Source: Candidatus Nanopusillus acidilobi
GTDB lineage: Archaea > Nanobdellota > Nanobdellia > Nanobdellales > Nanobdellaceae
Reading direction: 5' to 3'
Assembly: GCA_001552015.1 (NCBI GenBank)
Contig: CP010514.1
Location: forward strand, 150,001-182,000
Length of the DNA: 32,000 nt
Positions 16,296 to 24,557 of this stretch are shown in pieces. The notes below the pieces were generated by a model. It was not told the origin of the DNA. It made no database searches and saw only the letters and a program-made list of their open reading frames with translations. Each line of letters begins with the position of its first letter. Positions within the stretch are counted from its first letter, which is position 1. The position numbers and the translations under genes are program-made.

Positions 16296-16416
16296 GAGTT
16301 ACATAATTTATTGTTATCAATTATTGAGCTAAATAAATTAGCATTATACTTATACTAGATATATTTGCTAGAATAATATAATTCTTTTTAAAATAAAATT
16401 TTTATTATATCTTATA

Positions 16417-16465
16417 ATGAAGAAAAACTCATCGGCTGATAAATGATGAGGGTCTTGAGCTCAGA
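16417..16465 (+). ncRNA. C/D-box sRNA candidate 1
   Basis: ATGAAGA(16417-23)-aaaactcatcgg-CTGA(16436-39)-taaa-TGATGA(16444-49)-gggtcttgagct-CAGA(16462-65), followed by T6. Box spacing is identical to candidate 2 and both guides are 12 nt. Confidence 0.65.
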
Positions 16466-16471
16466 TTTTTT
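16466..16471 (+). terminator. oligo-T tract after C/D sRNA candidate 1
   Basis: tttttt directly after the D-like box. Archaeal RNAP terminates at T-runs. Confidence 0.35.
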
Positions 16472-16494
16472 AATATTTTATTGAACAATTATTA

Positions 16495-16716
16495 ATGGAA
16501 GAAGAATTGTATGCAACAAAATATGAACTTTATATTTCTTTAATAATTACATTGATAGTTATTGCAATAATAACGAATACATTAATTAATTTACCATATA
16601 AAAACCTATATTACATGTCAACACTGATTATATTAACATTAATTATTATAGATGTTTATGTATATTTATCATATAAAGGAAAAATACCCTTATATAAGGT
16701 AAAGAAAAAAGATTAA
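16495..16716 (+). CDS. small two-TM membrane protein (hypothetical)
   Basis: 73-aa ORF with ATG start and two hydrophobic helices. Its stop overlaps the stop of the convergent 16713..17048 in a shared TTAA. Confidence 0.4.
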   Translation: MEEELYATKYELYISLIITLIVIAIITNTLINLPYKNLYYMSTLIILTLIIIDVYVYLSYKGKIPLYKVKKKD

Positions 16717-17048
16717 TTCTTTTTAGATTTTGCAATATCTAAAGCTCTTATTTTAACTAAATCTTCAATTCTATCATATAATATTGATTCAGCTAACTTA
16801 TATTTATATTCAATATCTTTATATACTAGATAAGCTTTCTTTATTTGATTATTTTTCATATATTCATCAAATATTTTCTTTCTTTCAACAATATCCTCCA
16901 AAATATTTAATATATCATTATCTTTAAATGACATTAATAATAACATCTTTGCTTCACTATCTTGTATTCTATTAAATAATTTTTTTGCATGTAATCTATA
17001 CAAACTAATTAACATGGTCAAGTTGTTAATCATATTGTCAATCTTCAT
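16713..17048 (-). CDS. hypothetical helical protein
   Basis: 111-aa ORF with ATG start, 34 nt downstream of tyrS on the same strand. Confidence 0.55.
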   Translation of the reverse strand: MKIDNMINNLTMLISLYRLHAKKLFNRIQDSEAKMLLLMSFKDNDILNILEDIVERKKIFDEYMKNNQIKKAYLVYKDIEYKYKLAESILYDRIEDLVKIRALDIAKSKKN

Positions 17049-17082
17049 AAATTATCATTGATAAAAAAATTTATAAATGAAA

Positions 17083-18357
17083 CTACCTAGTGATCTTAAC
17101 AGAATCTAGTTCTTCCTTATATTTCTTACCAGGTCCCTCGGTAAAATATTTATATACAGGTTCCAATTTATTTGCCAACCATTTTCCAACAGCTTTCTTT
17201 AAATCCAATGGATGTATTTTTCCTTCAACCCAATCTTTTCTCAAATCCCATAAATTATTATATATTTTTCTTTCTCCAGTTTTTTCATTAATTATCTCAA
17301 ATTCAATATCTTTATATGAATATTTATATAATTCATTAGATTCTTTATCAATTATTTTATATATTTCATTCCAATTTATCTTATTTTTATTCTTTAATTC
17401 TTCATATATGTCATAATTTATATTTTTGATATTTTCTATTTTATATAAATTATTATCATACAAATATTTTATTACCCCATAACCTTCCTGGTCCCTAAAT
17501 ATTAAATATTCAACTATCTCCCATATTGGATTGAATTCCAATTCTCTTTGAGGACAGAATGCTTTATTTATTTTATCAATAACTTCTGAAGGACTATCAT
17601 GAACAAATATTGCAGAACCTGGTATAGATTTAGACATTTTTAGTTCAGATAATTCTTCTTTAGCTTCTTTTATATTTCCAGATTTTAATTTTTGGAATGT
17701 TTCATATGGTAATTGTAGATTTGTTATTAATTGATGATGTACTGCAATTAAATCATAATTTATTTTATCAGCATATTCAATTGTAATTACATGTGCCTTT
17801 CTTTGATCAATTCCAGCATGTGCAATATTTATTTTTTGGAATATTATATCTGCGGCTTGCATTAATGGATATATTAAATTTGCAGATGGCATTGATTCTT
17901 CGTATTTCCTTCCCATAACTGTAACAGATCTTAGTACCCTATTTAATGTAGTATTTTTTCCAATTTTAATTACTTCTGCCCAATAATCATTATTATATAT
18001 TTCTGATGCCAAAACAAATTTTATTTTATCAGGATCCCCACCTAAAGATTTTATTGTTTGTTTCATTGCTTCAGTAAAATATCCTTTTCCAATTCTTTTA
18101 ATTACTTCTTGATCACCACTTAATTTATTATTTATTACTGAATGCCAATCTGCTAAAAATACTTCTGTTTCTGCAAAATTCATAAAATCAATTAATTTAT
18201 ATCCAGATACAACTGCAGTACCCAAATGAACATATCCAGATATTTCATATCCTATATAATGTCTGAAATTATTTATTTTATTTGCCTTTTCTTCATTCAA
18301 TACTTCTATTGCTGGCTTTTTCCATAAAAGTAATTTTATAATGTTCTTATCCATCAT
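17083..18357 (-). CDS. tyrS: tyrosyl-tRNA synthetase (archaeal type, with lineage-specific insertions)
   Basis: Colinear with M. jannaschii TyrRS from memory. Matches are HYIGYEISGYVHLG (Tyr32 equivalent and HIGH-like), FLADWHSVINNKLSG, YPLMQAADI (Asp158 equivalent), KMSKS, FVHDSPSEVIDKINKAFCP and IHPLDLKKAV...LEPV. TrpRS is not fully excluded. Confidence 0.8.
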   Translation of the reverse strand: MMDKNIIKLLLWKKPAIEVLNEEKANKINNFRHYIGYEISGYVHLGTAVVSGYKLIDFMNFAETEVFLADWHSVINNKLSGDQEVIKRIGKGYFTEAMKQTIKSLGGDPDKIKFVLASEIYNNDYWAEVIKIGKNTTLNRVLRSVTVMGRKYEESMPSANLIYPLMQAADIIFQKINIAHAGIDQRKAHVITIEYADKINYDLIAVHHQLITNLQLPYETFQKLKSGNIKEAKEELSELKMSKSIPGSAIFVHDSPSEVIDKINKAFCPQRELEFNPIWEIVEYLIFRDQEGYGVIKYLYDNNLYKIENIKNINYDIYEELKNKNKINWNEIYKIIDKESNELYKYSYKDIEFEIINEKTGERKIYNNLWDLRKDWVEGKIHPLDLKKAVGKWLANKLEPVYKYFTEGPGKKYKEELDSVKITR

Positions 18358-18432
18358 AATTATTTATAACAAAATTTTTGGCCTTTTTAATACCGATCCA
18401 TAATTAAATTAATTCTAAGAAAAATTTATTAA

Positions 18433-20109
18433 TTATACTGAAAATGGTAATGATGAAGGTCCATTTATATAGAAGTTCTTCAATATTTCCCATACTTCAA
18501 AGAAATCAAATATTTCATTTTCAACCATCTTTTTTAATATTCTAGCTCTATAATCTAATATTTCGTATATCTTTCTTTTATCATTTATTTTCATTAATGG
18601 TGCAATTTTCTTTTCTAATATATAACTATTATATTTTCCAACAAACATATGTTTATCCTGTACAGAATTCCATGTAAATACGTCTCTAACAGCAACTTTC
18701 TTTAATTCTGCAATATATTTTTCTATTTCGTATATATTTGTTACTCTTCTTTCATATCTTCCTTTTACTGTTACTGATGTTGTAAATACAGCAATATTTA
18801 AGTTATCTATAAATGTAATTGGTATATTTATTGGTTCTCCAGTCAATCTTTCTATTAGTGAAGTTATATTACCTGAGTGGAATGTTGTCATAACTGGATG
18901 ACCTGTTTGCATTGCCTGGAATGCTACATATCCTTCTTTACCTCTTATCTCACCTATTAGTATATAATTTGGTCTAGATCTTAATGCTGCTCTTAATAAA
19001 TCATACATAGATACATCTGCGCTTTTTCCGACTTCTCTTGTAATCAATCTTTGCCATATATTATGTGGTATATTTAATTCAGGTGTATCTTCTACAGAAT
19101 AAACCTTTGCATCTGGTTTAATAAATGTTGTCAATGCATTTAATAATGTAGTTTTTCCTGATGCTGTTTCTCCAGATATTATTATGTTCATTCCATTTTC
19201 AATTGCTAACCATAAATATGCAGCTTCCTCTGGAGAAATTGTACCAAATGAAATTAATTGTGTTATACTTAATGGTTTTGCAGAGAATTTTCTTATTGTA
19301 AATGAAGATCCATGTAAAGATATATCTTTACCATATATAAAATTAACTCTTGATCCATCTGGTAATATTGCATCAACTATTGGTCTTGTTTCTGATGCAG
19401 GTCTATCAACTATTTGTGAATATTTAATTATATATTTATTTAAATCTTCCTCATTTTTAAATTCTCTATTTGTTTTAAGCATTCCAAATATTTTATGTAC
19501 AACATAGATTGGACCTAAACCCAATATGTGGACGTCCTCTAAATAAGGATCTCTTAAAAATGGTTCTAAAAAACCATAACCAAATCTTTCCCTAATTAAG
19601 AAATATAATAACTTATCATATTCTTCTTGATTTTTTATATATACTTTATCAGAAAATAATTTTCTTCTTTGAAAATCAATAACCTTATTAAATAGGTCGA
19701 TTATATATCTTCTTACTTCTTCAATATTATTAAAGTTAATATCCTCTATTGCATATTTAACAATTTTTGTTTGTATTTGATCTAATTTTTTCTTTTCATT
19801 ATCATTTAATTCTGGTTCTATTACATTATATATTGCTTCTCCAGATGGTAATTTATATATATGAATAAATATTGGATCTCCAACAGGATATAATATATTA
19901 AATTCAGTTCTAGATCTAAGAGAAAAATCTAGAGAAGTCATCCATTCTGGAGGCCCAATTTTTAATGATATTTCATTAACATAATTTCTAAGATGTTCAT
20001 ATTTATTCAATGCCTCATCAAATGATTCAGTTATATCATTAGTTATTACTTTTGCATTTTCCCTCTTTATTACATATTCTTCTTTTGTTTCTTGTATTTG
20101 TTCAGGCAT
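18433..20109 (-). CDS. arlI: archaellum assembly ATPase ArlI (FlaI), type II/IV secretion NTPase family
   Basis: Walker A ISGETASGKTTLLNAL, the IGEIRGKEGYVAFQAMQTGH box, length 558 aa, and position after arlH with a TAATG stop-start overlap. Confidence 0.9.
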   Translation of the reverse strand: MPEQIQETKEEYVIKRENAKVITNDITESFDEALNKYEHLRNYVNEISLKIGPPEWMTSLDFSLRSRTEFNILYPVGDPIFIHIYKLPSGEAIYNVIEPELNDNEKKKLDQIQTKIVKYAIEDINFNNIEEVRRYIIDLFNKVIDFQRRKLFSDKVYIKNQEEYDKLLYFLIRERFGYGFLEPFLRDPYLEDVHILGLGPIYVVHKIFGMLKTNREFKNEEDLNKYIIKYSQIVDRPASETRPIVDAILPDGSRVNFIYGKDISLHGSSFTIRKFSAKPLSITQLISFGTISPEEAAYLWLAIENGMNIIISGETASGKTTLLNALTTFIKPDAKVYSVEDTPELNIPHNIWQRLITREVGKSADVSMYDLLRAALRSRPNYILIGEIRGKEGYVAFQAMQTGHPVMTTFHSGNITSLIERLTGEPINIPITFIDNLNIAVFTTSVTVKGRYERRVTNIYEIEKYIAELKKVAVRDVFTWNSVQDKHMFVGKYNSYILEKKIAPLMKINDKRKIYEILDYRARILKKMVENEIFDFFEVWEILKNFYINGPSSLPFSV

Positions 20110-20813
20110 TATACATATGAAGATATCTCAATTATTAGCCCTATATTTGGCTCTACTCTAAATGGTATTAATGTATTATATATTCCCATTGGATATCTAA
20201 ACCTCTTTACTTCTATCATTTTTAATAGTGATGATTCTCCAATGGAAGAAAACCTTAAATTAAAGTATATATCTGCAATTCTCCTTATATTTCTTACAAA
20301 AAATCTATTTATTTCTGAAGGATTATATGTTAAAATAATTGTTTTATCTAGATTTTTTATTTTACTTAAAAATTCAATTAATCTTATTGAATCCATTTTA
20401 TCTAACCCATTTATTAATGGATATGATAATGAATCTAATATTATTAACTCATTTTCTAATAGTTTTTTAGATTTTTCTTTTGTTAATTCAAATATTAAAT
20501 TTTCTCTCTCCTTTATTCTATTAAATAAATTAAGTGTTGGTATAAATAATAATTTTTGATTTAATAAATAATCTTTTATATCATAACCTAATGATTCCAT
20601 TTGTTTAATAAAATCTACAACAGATAATTCTGTAGAAATATATGTTGCAGTATGATTATTTGATAATGCTCCATATAATATTCTTTGACATACTATACTC
20701 TTTCCAGTTCCATTTTCTCCTTCAATTATAAATATACTACCTTTTGGAATTCCTCCCCCAATCCTATTTGAAAATTCATCCCTATCTAAATAAATATCGA
20801 TGTATTCTACCAT
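20109..20813 (-). CDS. arlH: archaellum protein ArlH (FlaH), KaiC/RecA-like ATP-binding protein
   Basis: GGGIPKGSIFIIEGENGTGKSIVCQR (RecA/KaiC-type Walker A); 234 aa; translationally coupled on both sides. Confidence 0.85.
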   Translation of the reverse strand: MVEYIDIYLDRDEFSNRIGGGIPKGSIFIIEGENGTGKSIVCQRILYGALSNNHTATYISTELSVVDFIKQMESLGYDIKDYLLNQKLLFIPTLNLFNRIKERENLIFELTKEKSKKLLENELIILDSLSYPLINGLDKMDSIRLIEFLSKIKNLDKTIILTYNPSEINRFFVRNIRRIADIYFNLRFSSIGESSLLKMIEVKRFRYPMGIYNTLIPFRVEPNIGLIIEISSYV

Positions 20814-21199
20814 TATGGACTAATATAATATAAAGATGATTGGCCATTACAAAATGTTACTGTTAAATTATCTCCAGCATTTACTGGATAACTTACATTT
20901 AATTCTATTGTATATTGATTTAATACCTTATATGTAAAGTTAACCATTGTATTTCCAACTTCTATGCTATTTATACAATTAGATGGATTTATATTTTGTA
21001 CCAAATATAGTATTGAATAATTACCATAATTATTATAATTTACTATATAATTTACTTGACTTACAAATGTTGGATTTGTAATATTTGATATTTCTTTTGC
21101 AATTATTTTTCCTGCTGAAGAATAAAAGTTGAAAAATGTACTTAAAACTAGATATCCGGCTATAAATAAAATAAATAAGTATATTAATTCCTTTATCAT
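20813..21199 (-). CDS. ArlF/ArlG-like (FlaF/FlaG) archaellum stator-type protein
   Basis: 128 aa with an N-terminal TM helix followed by an Asn/Ser/Thr/Tyr-rich beta-type domain. It occupies the flaF/flaG slot between arlCDE and arlH, with ATGA and TAATG overlaps. Confidence 0.6.
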   Translation of the reverse strand: MIKELIYLFILFIAGYLVLSTFFNFYSSAGKIIAKEISNITNPTFVSQVNYIVNYNNYGNYSILYLVQNINPSNCINSIEVGNTMVNFTYKVLNQYTIELNVSYPVNAGDNLTVTFCNGQSSLYYISP

Positions 21200-21930
21200 C
21201 TTGTTATTGGCGATATATATCCTTTTTGAATTAGCTCATTATATAGGTCTTTTAACCTTTCTATATTATCTGAACTACTTATTTGTGCCAATTTTGTTAT
21301 TATATATAGACTTACTATATGATCCATTGGTAATAATTTTTTATTTTCTCCCTCAACACTCTTTAATCCATTTAGATATTCCTTTAATTTTATTTTTATT
21401 TTTTCAGTTATCCAATTAATTGATTCATAATAATCTAAAGCATCATCTACTTCTTCTATATTTGATTTTTTAACTAAATATGCTAGCCAACCAATTATAA
21501 TTGAAGAAACAGTTGGATTATCATCAAGTTTACTTAATGGTAATATATTATTTTCTTGATTTTCTACATTATTTTCATTTATAACCTGAACATTTGGTTC
21601 TTCTTCTTTTTCTTCTTCTACAAAAGGATTATAATTTTTTATTAGCATTTCATATATAGAAAAAACCTTTTCTAAATTATTTTTAATACTATTTATTTCG
21701 TTTTGATGGCTTTCTACTGTAGAACTAATACTTGAAATATTGCTTGAAATTTCAGATACTTTATTCTCCAATTCTCTTACACTTTTAGCTAAACCTTCAA
21801 TGGAGTTAGTAATATTTTTTATTTCAGATGTATAATTTTGACTTACAATATTTTGTTGTGGTATAACATTAATGTTTTGGGTATTTTTATTATCATTTTT
21901 CTTCCTAAATATATTTGAAAATATACTCAT
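21196..21930 (-). CDS. ArlC/D/E-type archaellum protein (FlaC-like coiled coil fused to FlaD/E domain)
   Basis: The N-terminal coiled coil ends in SIYEMLIKNYNPF (FlaC-like YE..NPF). The C-terminal LPLSKLDDNPTVSSIIIGWLAYLVKKSNIEEVDDALDYYESINWITEKIKIKLKEYL matches the FlaD/E signature (dp....l.WLefLv....ealdYY..igWIs). Confidence 0.7.
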   Translation of the reverse strand: MSIFSNIFRKKNDNKNTQNINVIPQQNIVSQNYTSEIKNITNSIEGLAKSVRELENKVSEISSNISSISSTVESHQNEINSIKNNLEKVFSIYEMLIKNYNPFVEEEKEEEPNVQVINENNVENQENNILPLSKLDDNPTVSSIIIGWLAYLVKKSNIEEVDDALDYYESINWITEKIKIKLKEYLNGLKSVEGENKKLLPMDHIVSLYIITKLAQISSSDNIERLKDLYNELIQKGYISPITR

Positions 21931-21993
21931 ACAATTTTTAAATATCCTGAAATATATAAGTTTTATAATTATTGTTGATAATCATTATTGATA

Positions 21994-22623
21994 ATGATAG
22001 TTAAAAAGGCAGATTATATTAGTATATCATCTATAGGTATTGTAATGCATATGTTTGATGATTTTCTTATAGCAAGTAAAAGCGAAAAAAATAATATTGA
22101 AAGATTAAATATTGATATAAAAAAATATTATATAGAATCACCAGTTGTTTCTCCATATTTTATAGAATATGATAATAAAATAATTATTAGCTCTAATGCT
22201 CCTGAAGAATTAAAGAATATATTAAAGAATTATTTTGATATAATTGAAATAGATTTTATAGAAAATCTAATAGGAAATATATTTTTAATTGGGAAAAATG
22301 GAATAATTTATTCTCATGGAAAAGAAGAGGATGTAAAGAAAATATCTCAAAAATTATCTTTACCAGCATATAAAATAAAAACAAAATATCTTTTTGGAAG
22401 CATATCAAAATTATATAATAATAAATTATTAATAAGTCAGGAATTAAGTGATAAAATAATAGAGAAAGTAAAGGAAATTGCAGGTTATAATTTAGATATT
22501 GGATCAATTAATTTTGGAAGTCCATATTTAAGATACGGAATAGAAATTAATAAGGAATATTTAATAATTGGAAAATATTCTACTGGTCATGAAATTGTTA
22601 AGGTTGAGGAGTTCTTTTCATAG
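21994..22623 (+). CDS. eif6: translation initiation factor 6 (aIF6)
   Basis: Pentein-like repeats: ISISSIGIVMHMF, IENLIGNIFLIGKNGIIYSH, LFGSISKLYNNKLLISQEL, GSINFGSPYLRYGIEINKEYLIIGKYSTGHEIVKVEEFF (compare M. jannaschii ...GGDTTGPELLIIEDAL). It sits in the conserved neighbourhood with rplX and pfdA. ATG 21994 is preferred over TTG 21988. Confidence 0.75.
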   Translation: MIVKKADYISISSIGIVMHMFDDFLIASKSEKNNIERLNIDIKKYYIESPVVSPYFIEYDNKIIISSNAPEELKNILKNYFDIIEIDFIENLIGNIFLIGKNGIIYSHGKEEDVKKISQKLSLPAYKIKTKYLFGSISKLYNNKLLISQELSDKIIEKVKEIAGYNLDIGSINFGSPYLRYGIEINKEYLIIGKYSTGHEIVKVEEFFS

Positions 22624-22933
22624 ATATTTCATTTATTTTTGCTTTTATTTCATTTAGGTCCTGATTTAGTTTATTTATTATATCATCTATCAATTTTAAA
22701 ACTTCATCCTTGCTTTTTTCAGTAAATATATTTCTTCCAATATTTATTAATAAGTTTTGGTCATCTTTTATTGATCCTCTAACAAATATTAATCCTCCCA
22801 AATTTATATATGTATCTTCCTGCTTTTTTAGTTCATTAATAAAGCTTTTTATCAATTCATATTCTAATATCTTATTTTGTATATCTTCCAATTGACTATA
22901 TAAAAAATCTAATAGTTCATCAGAATTTTCCAT
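22598..22933 (-). CDS. pfdA: prefoldin alpha subunit
   Basis: Two beta-hairpins flanked by coiled coils: TYINLGGLIFVRGSIKDDQNLLINIGRNIFTEKSKDEVLKLI (compare lvplG..lyv.g.l.d.dkvlvdiG.g..vEks.deA). It is adjacent to rplX. Confidence 0.7.
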   Translation of the reverse strand: MENSDELLDFLYSQLEDIQNKILEYELIKSFINELKKQEDTYINLGGLIFVRGSIKDDQNLLINIGRNIFTEKSKDEVLKLIDDIINKLNQDLNEIKAKINEISMKRTPQP

Positions 22934-23216
22934 TTTTAATATTTTCTATAAATTTCTTTAAATTCTTATCCTTTATATCATTTTCACCAATTTCTTCAAT
23001 TTTTAATATTTTTATTTTATTTCTTTTTACTTTATATGCACTTCCAAATAATGAATATATTCTTTCTAAAACATCATTTTCATTTATTCCCAATATTTCT
23101 TTTGTAAATTTATATACTACCTTTCTTTTTGTTAAAACTCCTTCCTTTTTCTTTAAATTTCTTAAAATCTTTGTTTTAAATATTAATCCTTCAACTCTAT
23201 ATATTTTTACTTCCAT
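22920..23216 (-). CDS. rplX: 50S ribosomal protein LX (L18Ae / eL20)
   Basis: MEVKIYRVEG...FTKEILGINENDVLERIYSLFGSAYKVKRNKIKILKIEEI matches the LX signature (..Y.v.G....F..ev.a..e..A.e.vys..GS.HkvkR..I.I..veei). Confidence 0.8.
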   Translation of the reverse strand: MEVKIYRVEGLIFKTKILRNLKKKEGVLTKRKVVYKFTKEILGINENDVLERIYSLFGSAYKVKRNKIKILKIEEIGENDIKDKNLKKFIENIKNGKF

Positions 23217-23217
23217 C

Positions 23218-24195
23218 TTAATTTTTTGGTGATAATGATATATATTCTATGCCTATTTTTTCAGGATTCCTTGGTGGTCTTATTGCTTTTCTTAATATCA
23301 ATAATCTTTTCTTTGCTCCTATTACTGAACCTTTTAGCATTACATATGTATTCTTTACAATTCCATAATGTGGCCAGCCAGAACTTGGATTTATTTCATT
23401 ATAATTATCAGAAATCTTTATTATTAATTTATTATATTCTGTTCTTCTAAAGAATCCATATTGACCTGGCATTGGTGTTGTTGGAAATATTCTTCTCATT
23501 CCTCTTGACCCCCTGGCACCTATATGTCTTACAGATTTACTTCTCTTTACTTCTCTATATTGAACTGTTATTCCATATCTTTTTACTTCTCCTTGGAGTC
23601 CTTTTCCTTTTGTTACTCCAATTATATCTACATATTCTCCCTCATTAAATACATCATTTATTTTTATTTGATTTCCTAATAAATTTTTTGCATAATTAAA
23701 TATTTCTTTAATATTATTTCCTCCAACAGGTATTTCAAATATCTCAGGTTTCTTCTTTTTAATTGTTGTTAGCCATGGTTGTGTATATACAATCAATTTT
23801 ATTAATGAAACTTTATCTAATAATTGTTCTGCATCTTGAAGATCCTTTTCTAAATCTTCATTTGGTTCTAATGTTTTTATTCTTCTTTTAACATGTTCAT
23901 CAAAATTATTAGAAATAATATCCTTTAAAGATAAGAATCCTTTATTTGTATCTTTTTTATATAATCTAATTCCAAGAACCTTTAACGGAGGAGTTTCTAT
24001 AATTGATACAGGTACATATTTTCCTTCTTTTGTTAAAATATGCGTCATACCAACTTTATATCCAGCAAATGCAACTGGTTGAATATTATTGATAGAAGGC
24101 CAACTCTTTATTATTGGATAGATTCTTTTAGCTCTTACTCTTGGCCAAAATTGCATAGATACTGCTCTAGGCTGATGTCTACCATGCTGTGGCAT
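23218..24195 (-). CDS. rpl3: 50S ribosomal protein L3 (uL3)
   Basis: FWPRVRAKR near the N-terminus, then GYKVGMTH, VDIIGVTKGKGLQGEVKRYG and HIGARGSRGMRRIFPTTPMPGQYGFFRRTEYNK. Confidence 0.92.
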   Translation of the reverse strand: MPQHGRHQPRAVSMQFWPRVRAKRIYPIIKSWPSINNIQPVAFAGYKVGMTHILTKEGKYVPVSIIETPPLKVLGIRLYKKDTNKGFLSLKDIISNNFDEHVKRRIKTLEPNEDLEKDLQDAEQLLDKVSLIKLIVYTQPWLTTIKKKKPEIFEIPVGGNNIKEIFNYAKNLLGNQIKINDVFNEGEYVDIIGVTKGKGLQGEVKRYGITVQYREVKRSKSVRHIGARGSRGMRRIFPTTPMPGQYGFFRRTEYNKLIIKISDNYNEINPSSGWPHYGIVKNTYVMLKGSVIGAKKRLLILRKAIRPPRNPEKIGIEYISLSPKN

Positions 24196-24251
24196 TTTTT
24201 AATATGTTGTTAAAAACTCTTTTAAATTTTTGAAAAATCTTTTATTTTTAA

Positions 24252-24322
24252 GGGACCGTAGGCTAGTGGTAGGCTACTGGGTTTGGGTCCCAGGGATCGG
24301 GGTTCGAATCCCCGCGGTCCCA
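24252..24322 (+). tRNA. tRNA-Pro (anticodon UGG), no encoded CCA
   Basis: Hand-folded cloverleaf. Acceptor GGGACCG/CGGTCCC. Anticodon stem CTGGG/CCCAG with loop ttTGGgt (G37). T-arm CGGGG-TTCGAAT-CCCCG. Discriminator A. Confidence 0.95.
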
Positions 24323-24328
24323 TTTTTT
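24323..24328 (+). terminator. oligo-T tract after tRNA-Pro
   Basis: tttttt immediately 3' of the discriminator base. Confidence 0.35.
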
Positions 24329-24390
24329 GACTCAATCTTTATAATGTTTTTGACTATAATTTTAATACTTCATTTATATTATATATTATA

Positions 24391-24439
24391 GTGAAGATGC
24401 AAGGCATTGCTGATAAATGATGAAACATCGATATACAGA
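24391..24439 (+). ncRNA. C/D-box sRNA candidate 2 (between tRNA-Pro and tRNA-Arg)
   Basis: GTGAAGA(24391-97)-tgcaaggcattg-CTGA(24410-13)-taaa-TGATGA(24418-23)-aacatcgatata-CAGA(24436-39). It shares the 15-mer gctgataaatgatga and all box spacings with candidate 1, while the guides are unrelated. Confidence 0.7.
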
Positions 24440-24482
24440 TGGAATTAAGTATTTTAATTTTTCATAATAATATTTTATAATT

Positions 24483-24557
24483 GGACCCGTAGCTCAGCAT
24501 GGATAGAGCGACGGCCTTCTAAGCCGTAGGTCGGGGGTTCGAATCCCCCCGGGTCCG
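24483..24557 (+). tRNA. tRNA-Arg (anticodon UCU), no encoded CCA
   Basis: Acceptor GGACCCG/CGGGTCC. D-arm GCTC-agcatggata-GAGC. Anticodon stem ACGGC/GCCGT with loop ctTCTaa. T-arm GGGGG-TTCGAAT-CCCCC. Discriminator G. Confidence 0.95.

Noticed and set aside
16713-16716. Convergent genes sharing a TTAA (both stop codons overlap)
   Set aside because: A trivial consequence of TAA stops in a compact AT-rich genome, not a regulatory feature.
20092-20559. 155-aa + strand ORF, and similar shadow ORFs (2059..2286, 6581..6859, 7211..7393, 9164..9352, 9395..9661, 10038..10343, 12828..13034, 15762..15983, 17090..17416, 19184..19507, 21129..21419, 22256..22507, 22710..22895, 23226..23450, 25768..25983, 27759..28157, 29011..29217, 31599..31829)
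   Set aside because: All are antisense to ORFs with clear family motifs (arlH, metG, tyrS, arlI, rpl3 and others). Stop-poor antisense frames are expected at this base composition.
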